A stretch of 17,968 nt of DNA from Chthonomonadales bacterium. Its GTDB lineage: Bacteria > Armatimonadota > Chthonomonadetes > Chthonomonadales > CAJBBX01. Both the position numbers and the translations under genes were made by a program. The stretch's first letter is position 1. Each line of letters starts with the position of its first letter. The DNA is taken from assembly GCA_037443035.1 (NCBI GenBank), contig JBBIPC010000019.1, positions 56,926 through 74,893 of the forward strand, given 5' to 3'. This document shows, piece by piece, positions 1 through 8,264 of this stretch. The notes below the pieces were generated by a model, which worked only from the letters and a program-made list of their open reading frames with translations, had not been told where the DNA came from and searched no databases.

Positions 1-1469
1 ATCAGCAGCCACATCCAGTTCGGGTCCGTGGCCGGCGTGATGGGGGCGGCGCATTCCACCATGAAGTAGATGTTGGTCTTGTCGCGGGCGACCTTCGCTC
101 GGACGATGTCGTTGCGACCGGTGTCGTCCTTGTAGTGAGTGGAGCCGTAGCCCTGAGCGTCGCGTGGCTTGGTGTTGCCCGGCCATGAGCGGTATTCGGG
201 GCCGACATCGTCCCATTGCGACGCCGGGCCGCCAAGTCGGATGGTTTTCGGCGCCGAGGCTCGGGGCTGCTCGCGGACGCCCTTGAACCGGCGGATCTTG
301 TCCACCATCTGGTAGTAGTAGTTGTCCCCATGTCCGCCTTTCATGGGCTCGATGTCGCGGCTGTGCTCGGTGTCGTACTCGTCTGGGAAGGCATTGTCTT
401 TCATGCCCCAGTGCTTGTGGCGGCCTGCCACCCACTCATTCCAGCCGGTAATGAATACGAACTCCGGGTCGAGCTCGAATGCCCGGTCCCATTGCTCGGC
501 GAAGTTCAGGCCGTACATGTGCGCGTCGGGCCTGCGGTCGTGGCCCTTGCGCTTGGTGTAGCTGCGGCCGTAACTGTCGGGCAGATTGAACGCCGCGCAA
601 TGGCCGCCGCTCGAATCGCAGGCGTTCTGGGCTACACCGACAGGTACCTGCTCATAGCCTCCGCCGGGAAGTGGAACGTAGCCATGCTGCGGGTAGATCT
701 CCAGCCACCCCCACTGATCCGGTCGCGATGGTCCGTTGACGTAGTCGGGCTGGCCGGGCCGGAACGTGAAGAACTCGCGGATCTCACGTCGAAGCTGCGT
801 CTCTGCCTCGTCGCCGGGCACATCGGTGAGGTTGTCGGGATAGGCCATGATGAGCGGCTTACCCTTCCAGAAGAACCACAGGTCGCGCCACTTGCCGGGC
901 TTGTAGAGGTCCGTGTAGAGGTGCTTCAGGCTCGTCAGGCTGTCGGGGCTCGGGCCGAAGGGGAGCATGAAGACGATCTGCGGCGTCTTTACGCCGTCCT
1001 TTCGGGCTTCGGTCCATACCTCGCAGAGCGTCTTGTACTGATCGTCCCAGGTGAAGGTTCCGTTGGTGCAGTCGAAGAAGACTGCATCCACCTGCGCAGC
1101 GGCGAGCATTTCGGCGTGTTTGCGTAGGACCCAGCGGTCCGTGCTGCGGTAGAAGCCGAAGAGCGGCTCGTTCCAGTGGTGCGGCGCGAACCACGGCCCC
1201 CAGGCAGGATGCTCGTAGTTCGTCAGTGCCTCCGGGTGCTCGGTGATAATCTTCGTGACGTTGTACGGCTCCGAGTTGCCGACGTGCCATGTCCAGTAGA
1301 AGATGCCGACGAACTTGCCCGGCCTCGGCGCGGGCGCCTCACCACGTGTGGCGACCTTACGACCGACACCGTCGGTGGCCTCCCACGTGTCTGGCATGGC
1401 ATCGGGAATCGCGGCGAACGCAACCGACGCCAGGACGGTGATCCCGACTACCCATAGCACATGATCCAT
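1..1469 (-). CDS. Secreted glycoside-hydrolase-like protein (GH71/GH99-like TIM-barrel, uncharacterised); 3' end runs off the window
   Basis: Manual translation from ATG at 1469 (AGAGGGG RBS upstream) stays open to base 1: MDHVLWVVGITVLASVAFA-AIPDAMPDTWEATDGVGR...KFVGIFYWTWH...HHWNEPLFGFYRSTDRWVLRKHAEMLAAAQVDAVFFDCTNG...WFFWKGKPLIM...VFITGWNEW...DEYDTEHSRDIEP...GDNYYYQM...NWMWLL. Signal-peptide-like N-terminus. The P-x-x-G-x-Y-x-S-x-D, GKP and ITGWNEW motifs resemble GH99/GH71-like folds. Absent from the ORF track because it has no stop in the window. Confidence 0.8.
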   Translation of the reverse strand, partial: MDHVLWVVGITVLASVAFAAIPDAMPDTWEATDGVGRKVATRGEAPAPRPGKFVGIFYWTWHVGNSEPYNVTKIITEHPEALTNYEHPAWGPWFAPHHWNEPLFGFYRSTDRWVLRKHAEMLAAAQVDAVFFDCTNGTFTWDDQYKTLCEVWTEARKDGVKTPQIVFMLPFGPSPDSLTSLKHLYTDLYKPGKWRDLWFFWKGKPLIMAYPDNLTDVPGDEAETQLRREIREFFTFRPGQPDYVNGPSRPDQWGWLEIYPQHGYVPLPGGGYEQVPVGVAQNACDSSGGHCAAFNLPDSYGRSYTKRKGHDRRPDAHMYGLNFAEQWDRAFELDPEFVFITGWNEWVAGRHKHWGMKDNAFPDEYDTEHSRDIEPMKGGHGDNYYYQMVDKIRRFKGVREQPRASAPKTIRLGGPASQWDDVGPEYRSWPGNTKPRDAQGYGSTHYKDDTGRNDIVRAKVARDKTNIYFMVECAAPITPATDPNWMWLL

Positions 1470-1510
1470 ACTGCCAGTGCCCCTCTGCCGAGACCTGGCC
1501 CCAGGACGGG

Positions 1511-2452
1511 CTATCCTGCCCAACGGTGTGCCTCCTCGATCGCCGCTCGCAAGTTTTCCCACGGCGTATCAGATGGCACCGTGCAATCGGCTGCAAGAAT
1601 GTAGCGATCTGGCGCCTGGCGCAGAGCCTCCCGTGCCGCGTCCCGGGCATCTTTCATGGTACCTGTGGCGATCTTGCCCAGCCGCTCGACACCGCCCATG
1701 AAGGGTCGCTGGAATAGGCGGCATATCTCCCCGCCACTGAGGCGCTTGCCGCCGACGAGGGGATTCACGTTCACGACGCTACCGGGGTACTCGGGGAATG
1801 GCTCCAGATCGTCGTACGGAGCGTGGTAGTCACAGATGTGGAGGACATTGAAGAGGCAGCGGGCGTTGATCTCGCTCATCACGTAGAGGTCCCATGGCTT
1901 GATACACCGATGGAAGAGCTCCGGATCGGCCAGGCGCCCCCTCTCATACCCCTGCGTCGAGTGATAGAACCCATCCACTCCTGCTTCGACGCACGCGTTC
2001 ACGAAGTTCATGAGGCTCTCCGTGACGATCTCCATGCCCTTGTTCACTGCATCGGGATCCTCGGCCATGTGCGCCGCCAACCGATCGTTGCCGCCCACGT
2101 GGCCGGCACACATGAATGGCGAGTAAAGCGTGACGATCACCAGGGCTTCCTTGCCCACGGCTTTGACCAGCCCCTCTACTGCCTCGACCATAGGCTCGAA
2201 GAAATCCGACTTCAGGACTGCCACTTTGGCCCAATCCTTCGGGCGCAGGATGCTCTCGTCCGTGGGAAACTTCCGCTCGTATTGGATCTTTACGAAGTCC
2301 ATGCCCGTGTAGCGGAAGAACTCCAGGTGCTTTTCCACCGCAGCCTGGCCTAGATGGTATTCCGGCGGGAAATGGAGGAAGAAAGCTGCTGGTATATAGG
2401 TCTGCGGCCTGGAGCTATCCAGCACGCTTAACACTGCGTCGCGCTTGTTCAT
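1511..2452 (-). CDS. URO-D/MtaA (uroporphyrinogen decarboxylase / methylcobamide methyltransferase) superfamily protein, 313 aa; not a true HemE
   Basis: Start moved to MNKRDAVL (AGAAAGGA RBS; ATGA overlap with the upstream stop at 2449-2452). Motifs: GMDFVK, TLYSPF, AGVDG, LHICD, FMGGV, YILAADCTVPSDTPWENL. Lacks the HemE W-x-MRQAGRY motif. Confidence 0.8.
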   Translation of the reverse strand: MNKRDAVLSVLDSSRPQTYIPAAFFLHFPPEYHLGQAAVEKHLEFFRYTGMDFVKIQYERKFPTDESILRPKDWAKVAVLKSDFFEPMVEAVEGLVKAVGKEALVIVTLYSPFMCAGHVGGNDRLAAHMAEDPDAVNKGMEIVTESLMNFVNACVEAGVDGFYHSTQGYERGRLADPELFHRCIKPWDLYVMSEINARCLFNVLHICDYHAPYDDLEPFPEYPGSVVNVNPLVGGKRLSGGEICRLFQRPFMGGVERLGKIATGTMKDARDAAREALRQAPDRYILAADCTVPSDTPWENLRAAIEEAHRWAG

Positions 2453-3435
2453 GGTATGTCGTCCTTTCTGCCGTCTTTCGAGTGTGCCAGGGTCCACGTC
2501 ACCGCCATGCCCGTCGCCTGGCCGGGCTTCAGTCGAACCATCGGGCCTAGCACCTCCATCTCCATATAGGGTAGAGGATCCGGGTTGGAGTAGATCTCCA
2601 CATTGCAGCCTCCGTCAGGATATGTGTCAACTGTCCGGTTGGGACCATGCAGGCCGAAAACCCAACCGTTCTTCTCGCACCAGATGGAGGACCGCTCCGA
2701 CGCCGAGCCTATCTTGTAGGAAGCTCTTGGATCGCGTCGAGCGTGGATCTTGCCATCGTGAACCGATACGTTCGTGCCAGGGCCTGACGGCATGTCAGGG
2801 AATACCCTGAACCCGCTGTCGAATCCTCCTCTCACGCTGGCAGGCATGATCACACGCTCGGGGTCATCTACCTGCGCCACCTCCCAGATGGCCCACTCCA
2901 CTGCGTCCTTTCCTCGGTTTTCAAGAACGTTTCGTATCCGCACCTCGCCACGGGCGGGGTGCAGCATAACCGTGCGTCGGAACCGAAGTCCGGTTCTGGT
3001 ACTCACCGGGCTTTCCATGACCACTGTGCCGGCTCGGTACACCGACACCTGCCACGGACTTCCGTCCAGCCATGGGTCTGGCGGCCATCCCCATCGCTCT
3101 TGAGGCGCTGGCCATAGCTTGTCTCCACCGAAGTTCAGCCAATCTCGACGGTCCTTGGGGTGCGGTGCAAGTTGTCCCCAAAGCTCGGGATTCTCCCAGA
3201 GCATGTTGGGACCATGCCGCGGCGCGAAGCGCATGATCCGTCCAATCGCCGGCACGATGATCAGCTCCGATACATCGTTTCGAAGACGTACGCAACCTGT
3301 CCATCCTCTGTACACAGTCCGCGCGACTTCCACGGTCCCTGGTTGGCTCTGGGCCGTGGTGAACCAGGGGCCCACGAGCGTTGTCACGAGGCCTAGCGCC
3401 GCGACGGTGCTATGACGCGCCCAAGTAGTTGCCAT
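2449..3435 (-). CDS. DUF4380-like protein (galactose mutarotase-like fold), probably exported; about 328 aa
   Basis: Motifs GWTGCVRLRN, PAIGRIMRF, NFGGDKLWPAPQ..WGWPPD and YMEMEVLGP..LKPG. The start at 3435 (MATTWARH plus a hydrophobic stretch) was chosen because the longer ORF overlaps rhaT; the exact start is uncertain. Confidence 0.65.
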   Translation of the reverse strand: MATTWARHSTVAALGLVTTLVGPWFTTAQSQPGTVEVARTVYRGWTGCVRLRNDVSELIIVPAIGRIMRFAPRHGPNMLWENPELWGQLAPHPKDRRDWLNFGGDKLWPAPQERWGWPPDPWLDGSPWQVSVYRAGTVVMESPVSTRTGLRFRRTVMLHPARGEVRIRNVLENRGKDAVEWAIWEVAQVDDPERVIMPASVRGGFDSGFRVFPDMPSGPGTNVSVHDGKIHARRDPRASYKIGSASERSSIWCEKNGWVFGLHGPNRTVDTYPDGGCNVEIYSNPDPLPYMEMEVLGPMVRLKPGQATGMAVTWTLAHSKDGRKDDIP

Positions 3436-4447
3436 AGCCGACCATGACGATCGAGAGGATGAGAACTGCCAGTCCTGCTGCCATGACGGAACGTGTCCGG
3501 AGGCTGGTGCCCCGCCACTCGTGGAGAGCGATGCCCCATAGGGTACTGAAAAAGACGATGGCCGACATATGAATGGTCCAACTCGAAAAGTTGTAGGCGC
3601 CCATCTGAGTGGTGCCCATGCCATAGAACATGAACTGCAGGTACCAGGTCGTACCGCCTACAAGGCACAGTACGTAGTTCGCTAGCAACGGGTACCTGCG
3701 CTCGGCGAACTGGCCAGTAGTACCATTCCGATTGGCGAGAATCAGGCACCAGACGAAGTTCGTCAAGAACCCACCAAACAGAATGACGATGAAAACCGGT
3801 GTGTTCTGCCACAGCGTGGTTGCGCCGCTGGCCAACACGCGCTTAGCGATAGGTTCCCCAGCCTGGATGGCGAAGGCCATACATGCGCTCATGATCCCGG
3901 CAAAGGTTGCCACCGCAAGCCCCTTGCGAACATTCAGTTCTGGCGTCGAAGCATCTCCCGGTAATTCGCGTTCCTTCATTCTGCCCGCTGCACCGCTCAC
4001 CGCGATGCCACCCAAACAGACGGCCACCCCGAGAAGCACGACGCGTCCCCCTGAGGATGCCAGCATCTGCACGAGCTTGCCGTTGGGGATGGCTGGAATC
4101 AGCGTCCCGAACGCGGCACAGAAACCCAGCGCCACGGCGTAACCCAGAGATATGCCCAAGTACCTCATGGAGAGACCGAACGTCAGGCCACCCACACCCC
4201 ACAGAACCCCGAAGAACCACGGCCAGAAGAGCACATGGAGAGGCGTCGTGCGCAGCACTTCGAGGGGATTCGGCGTTGTCAGCAGGGCCACGACAAGCGG
4301 AGCGACAATCCAACTGAAAACTCCGCCCACAAGCCAGAACGTCTCCCATGCCCATCCGCGCACACGCTTGTAGGGGACGTAGAAGCTGGCAGCCGCCAGA
4401 CCACCGATGGCATGCAGGAACACACCCAGGAACGGGTTGGGGGTCAT
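3410..4447 (-). CDS. rhaT: L-rhamnose/H+ symporter (RhaT) family transporter
   Basis: 345-aa polytopic membrane protein with RhaT motifs HAIGGLAAASFYVPYKRVRGWAWETFWL, WGVGGLTFGLSMRYLGISLG, GGFLTNFVWC, WYLQFMFYGMG and SSWTIHM. AGAAAGG RBS. The actual substrate is unproven. Confidence 0.88.
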   Translation of the reverse strand: MTPNPFLGVFLHAIGGLAAASFYVPYKRVRGWAWETFWLVGGVFSWIVAPLVVALLTTPNPLEVLRTTPLHVLFWPWFFGVLWGVGGLTFGLSMRYLGISLGYAVALGFCAAFGTLIPAIPNGKLVQMLASSGGRVVLLGVAVCLGGIAVSGAAGRMKERELPGDASTPELNVRKGLAVATFAGIMSACMAFAIQAGEPIAKRVLASGATTLWQNTPVFIVILFGGFLTNFVWCLILANRNGTTGQFAERRYPLLANYVLCLVGGTTWYLQFMFYGMGTTQMGAYNFSSWTIHMSAIVFFSTLWGIALHEWRGTSLRTRSVMAAGLAVLILSIVMVGYGNYLGAS

Positions 4448-4501
4448 TGCTGTAACCTTTCTGTCATCCGCACCTTGTCCTCGGAATGGAGCTGTGCCGT
4501 C

Positions 4502-5926
4502 TCAGCAGATGCGGTGGCATCCGATTCCCAGGAGCGCTGCGAGCTTCTCTATGCGATTCGCGATGTGGCCGACACCGATAGCGCAATGGTGGGCTGGTCC
4601 TGCTTCGGACCAAGCATTGACGAACGCCCTGGCTCCCACCGAGAAGCGGTAGCGGCTATTCGTGTTGCCGATGTGCAGGATCGGCCCCGGCACTGCCTCT
4701 CCTTCTGCGGTCAAGAGGCTCAGCTTGCCGTGACCATCTTGTACGAGTGACAGGAGGGTGACCGGTCCATGCTTCACACGCATCTCTATGGACAGTCCTT
4801 GCCCGGGCTTGCCATGGTACACGGGTAGCGGCACGAGCTTGACCCGACCATCAGCGATGGCCATGTGCCCCGGCCCGTCGTGGCCCAATAGCACGACATC
4901 GTCATCGAAGTCCATGAGGTAGAACTCGGAGAAGGATCCGCCCACACCGAACAGATCCATGATCTTCATGGCCTGCACGTTCTTGATTTCGCACTCGCCC
5001 GCCACGGGCACGCCGTGGGCAGTCAGTAGCGAGTTGCCGGCGATCACTGAGGTCACGATGTCCTCGTACTCGTTGCCGGGCTGCCCCTCGTAGTAGTAGG
5101 CCATGGCCCCCAAGCGATGCGCTTTCACGAGACGGTCCAGGGCGCAGGATGTTCGTGCTGCCCTGACCAGCTCCTGTTCGGAACACTCCGGTGACACATC
5201 GAACTCGGCCCGGAACTGTTGAATCTTCGCTGCAATCTGGGGTTCCGTCGTCTCGTCTCGGTACCGACGAAGCTCGCACATCTCCAGGAGGTCGAAGTGG
5301 CAACCGAAAACAGCCGCCTGCTGCGTCATGTCGCTGTAGACATCCAGCATGCCGCAGTAGTAATGTCCGAGAACACCCACGCGGTTCTCGCGCATTCCGA
5401 CACGCACCTGAGCGGCCGCCACCCAGTCCTGAATCTCCTTCCACGCATCGGAGTCGTCCAGTGTGCCGGTCACCAAGTGGTAGGGAATACCGGCTCGGTT
5501 GAAAACGCATGCGATCTCCGGAGCAGCGCACGCCTGGCAGTGGGCCAGCCACTCGCCCGTCATGACACCACGATCCCCCAGCGCGTTGAACGCCGCATAG
5601 TCAATAGCACGTACCGGCTGCAGGTTCAGTACGACGACGGGTACGCCAGTCTTCTGGACCACCGGCAGGACAGTCGAGCTCAATGCATAGGTGGAGACGT
5701 AAAGGAAGATCAGCTCGACATCCTCTTGCGTGAAACGGGTTGCAGCTTCCCTGGCCCGTTCAACACTATCCACCATGCCTGCGTCCACGACTTCCACTCC
5801 ACACGTGGCCAGGCGGTGGCGAATTCGTTCACGATAGCCTTCGAGACGTTCCTTCAGGCCTTCGAACTGTGGCCAGTAGGTATCCAGACCGATGGCGAAC
5901 AATCCGACCTTTACACTGCTTTCCAT
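4502..5926 (-). CDS. L-fucose/L-arabinose isomerase family sugar isomerase (non-canonical, substrate unknown)
   Basis: 474 aa with AraA-like metal/catalytic residues in order: GECE, FSEFY, GHDGPGH, GPAHHCAIGVGH. GGAGGAG RBS. The N-terminus (VGLFAIGLDTYW) differs from the canonical AraA WF-x-x-GSQHLYG. Confidence 0.85.
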   Translation of the reverse strand: MESSVKVGLFAIGLDTYWPQFEGLKERLEGYRERIRHRLATCGVEVVDAGMVDSVERAREAATRFTQEDVELIFLYVSTYALSSTVLPVVQKTGVPVVVLNLQPVRAIDYAAFNALGDRGVMTGEWLAHCQACAAPEIACVFNRAGIPYHLVTGTLDDSDAWKEIQDWVAAAQVRVGMRENRVGVLGHYYCGMLDVYSDMTQQAAVFGCHFDLLEMCELRRYRDETTEPQIAAKIQQFRAEFDVSPECSEQELVRAARTSCALDRLVKAHRLGAMAYYYEGQPGNEYEDIVTSVIAGNSLLTAHGVPVAGECEIKNVQAMKIMDLFGVGGSFSEFYLMDFDDDVVLLGHDGPGHMAIADGRVKLVPLPVYHGKPGQGLSIEMRVKHGPVTLLSLVQDGHGKLSLLTAEGEAVPGPILHIGNTNSRYRFSVGARAFVNAWSEAGPAHHCAIGVGHIANRIEKLAALLGIGCHRIC

Positions 5927-5983
5927 ATGGCTCCTCCCCGAGTATCTTTCGCGTCTTCTCGATGCGTCTCCTGCGACGCGCCA

Positions 5984-5998
5984 GCGGTACTATGGATG
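5984..5998 (+). promoter_or_regulatory. Putative -10 promoter element (TACTAT) for the GH42-like gene
   Basis: GCGGTACTATGGATG lies in the divergent intergenic region about 35 nt before the GTG start and matches 14506-14520 at 13 of 15 positions. Confidence 0.4.
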
Positions 5999-6030
5999 CG
6001 TCACCCAGCGACGGGCAGGAGGCAGGTGTC

Positions 6031-8247
6031 GTGATCGTCATGTTGTGGCTTGCCGTGCAACTGGCTTGGCCGTCCCGTGGCCCCGAGATGGCCGTGGGCT
6101 TCGTCAATCACTACCCCATGATCTGCCACATGGACGATCGTTTGGCCGAGAGTGGCGCCAATGTCATCACCATGCGTGCGCCCTGGCCATTGATCGAGCC
6201 GACGGAGGGCCGGTTCGACTTCTCCGTCCTCGACCAGCAACTGGAGCTCGTCTCACGACAAGGCATCAAGGTGGTAGTCCTGCTCGAAGCAGGCCCGGCC
6301 CATGCAGCTAATGTGCCGTGGCTCATGGACAAGCTCCGTACGGCCGGTCACACACAGGTAGATCCGGATGGCAACCCCTGCAAGGATCCATCCATCTTCT
6401 CCCCCATCTACAAGTCCTACCTTCGCCGGTACCTGCGGCGCGTAACGGCCTATCTGAAGTCGCATCGGTTGGCTACGGCTGTCTACGGCTACAACAACGG
6501 TTGCGAGTGGTGGTACCCGATCTCGCAATCCTACGGTTCACTCGCCGAAGAAGCATTTCGCGGGTACCTTCGAAGCCGCTACCGCACCCTGAGCAAGCTG
6601 AATGCTGCCTGGGGAGCACACGTGACTAGCTGGACGGAGATCCGCGCTCCGAAGCTGGCGTGGCTGGGCAGCAACCGGTCCAGTCAGGCGTGCATGGTCC
6701 CGTACTCGGCCAGGCTCGACGCCTGCTATGCGACCACCGCAGCATCCCACGTGCCGGTGAGACCCGGTCAGACCGTCACGTTCACGGTCCAATGGAAAGG
6801 ATCAGCCATGCGAGCCGGAGGCATTGTTGCTGAGATCGCATGGCTGGACGGCAAGAAGCCTCAGCCCTTGGACATAGTGCAGTCGCCGCTCTGCGTGGGT
6901 GACGCCCCGGCCGTGTGTCGGGCAGTTGCGCCACCAGGGGCGGAACGGGCATGGCTGTTGGCGAAATCCATGGCGGTTGGCGAGGTGACCTTCACACGTC
7001 TGAGCTGCCTGGACGAACAGGGAACCGAACTGGCTCCGAACCCGGAGCTGGACCCGACCCATGGCGGATGGCAGTTCATACAGTGGTCCGCTGGCGAGCC
7101 CGATCGTGTCGCCCATTCCTGGAATGAGCCTGGCGCGGCCCGTATACGCTACGACTCGTCTCTTCGGTTGGAGACGCCTTGTGAGCTTCCACTGGCTGCA
7201 GTGTGTGATTGGACGGATTTCAGGGCACGCGCCATGGCAAAGTTCATCGATTGGATGGGTGCTGAAATACGAGCGTCCGACCCCTGCCGACCGGTCGTCA
7301 GTTACCTCACCTTCGCCTTCGCCAACCCGTTCGAATGGGATTACGCCCAACAGATGGCCATTCAGATCGAGCACTGGGCTCCAGCAGCAAGGCACCAGCA
7401 GATTCTCGGCATGCAGTTGTCTTCCGGCGAGGGTGACTTCGACTCCGTGACCTGTGCGCTGGACATAGTCAGGAAGTATGGCAAGCCCATGTGGGCCGTG
7501 GACCTCCTCGATTTCACCCGTGGCACTGCGCTGGGTGCTGGCCCGCTGACAGCCTTGTCGAAAGCCGTCGTAGACCACGGCGGTACAGGAATTCAGTACT
7601 ACTGCTGGTGGGGCACGCCGCACTACGACTACCTCGATCTGGGCATGGAGGCTCTGTCGCGTATGATCCGGGAGACACGCGCCTACGCGACGTCACGGCG
7701 ACCTCATCCGCTCCTTGCAGATGTTGTCCTGGTGCTGCCCCGCATGCCACTCTACGGCGCACTTCCCGAGCCGCCTAACGATTGGGCCGACTTCATGGGC
7801 TGGTACAAGCTCCTTCGCAGGCTGGACGTTCGAGCGGACGTCTACACGCTGGAAGAACTGACACGCGATGACCTGACTCGACATCGTGTCATCATTGTTC
7901 CGGACTGCGCCTACATCCGACGGGACTCCCTGGAAGCCCTGGCTCGCGCCGCCAAGAAAGGCGTCAGGCTCATCAGCTCTGGACGACTCGGCCTCTACGA
8001 CATGCGTGGAGTGGCCCTCCATTACCCTGCAGAGAACCTTGGCGCCCGACGTTTCACAGCACCTCTGGGAGCTGAGCTTCTCGGCGAGGCCTATCGGCAA
8101 CCGACACCGACGGACACTCCGCCTCGATTGGTCTGCCGAGCCAACAGCCCTCTGTGGGATTCCGAAGCGCCACGGACCGCGGCACTGGCTCTACATGAGG
8201 CCGGCATAGGACCAGGACCCGGTGTCCTCTCGGGCGCACGCAAGTGA
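6031..8247 (+). CDS. GH42/beta-galactosidase-like glycoside hydrolase with inserted CBM-like domain and C-terminal trimerisation (GATase1-like) domain, about 738 aa
   Basis: GTG start at 6031 with GGAGG 8 nt upstream, in frame with ORF 5740..8247. Motifs: PWPLIEPTEGRFDFSVLD, VPWL, AFRGYLRSRYRTLSKLNAAWG...SWTEI, DWTDFR, GIQYYCW, and DDLTRHRVIIVPDCAYI. Confidence 0.8.
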   Translation: MIVMLWLAVQLAWPSRGPEMAVGFVNHYPMICHMDDRLAESGANVITMRAPWPLIEPTEGRFDFSVLDQQLELVSRQGIKVVVLLEAGPAHAANVPWLMDKLRTAGHTQVDPDGNPCKDPSIFSPIYKSYLRRYLRRVTAYLKSHRLATAVYGYNNGCEWWYPISQSYGSLAEEAFRGYLRSRYRTLSKLNAAWGAHVTSWTEIRAPKLAWLGSNRSSQACMVPYSARLDACYATTAASHVPVRPGQTVTFTVQWKGSAMRAGGIVAEIAWLDGKKPQPLDIVQSPLCVGDAPAVCRAVAPPGAERAWLLAKSMAVGEVTFTRLSCLDEQGTELAPNPELDPTHGGWQFIQWSAGEPDRVAHSWNEPGAARIRYDSSLRLETPCELPLAAVCDWTDFRARAMAKFIDWMGAEIRASDPCRPVVSYLTFAFANPFEWDYAQQMAIQIEHWAPAARHQQILGMQLSSGEGDFDSVTCALDIVRKYGKPMWAVDLLDFTRGTALGAGPLTALSKAVVDHGGTGIQYYCWWGTPHYDYLDLGMEALSRMIRETRAYATSRRPHPLLADVVLVLPRMPLYGALPEPPNDWADFMGWYKLLRRLDVRADVYTLEELTRDDLTRHRVIIVPDCAYIRRDSLEALARAAKKGVRLISSGRLGLYDMRGVALHYPAENLGARRFTAPLGAELLGEAYRQPTPTDTPPRLVCRANSPLWDSEAPRTAALALHEAGIGPGPGVLSGARK

Positions 8248-8264
8248 CTGCGACTGTCTCGGCT

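Noticed and set aside
216..1127. 303-aa plus-strand ORF
   Set aside because: Antisense shadow of the GH-like gene on the minus strand. It has no recognisable motifs, and long antisense ORFs are common in GC-rich genes.
2453..2497. N-terminal extension of the URO-D-family ORF
   Set aside because: It overlaps the DUF4380 gene. The RBS and ATGA coupling support a start at 2452.
3436..3624. N-terminal extension of the DUF4380 ORF
   Set aside because: It lies inside rhaT in another frame and has a low-complexity, non-protein-like composition.
4502..5926. Gene symbol araA or fucI
   Set aside because: The family is clear, but the canonical AraA N-terminal motif and araB/araD or fucK context are missing.
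5740..6030. N-terminal 97 aa of the 835-aa ORF, and the ORF 5219..6034
   Set aside because: Both overlap the isomerase on the opposite strand. A strong RBS supports GTG 6031.
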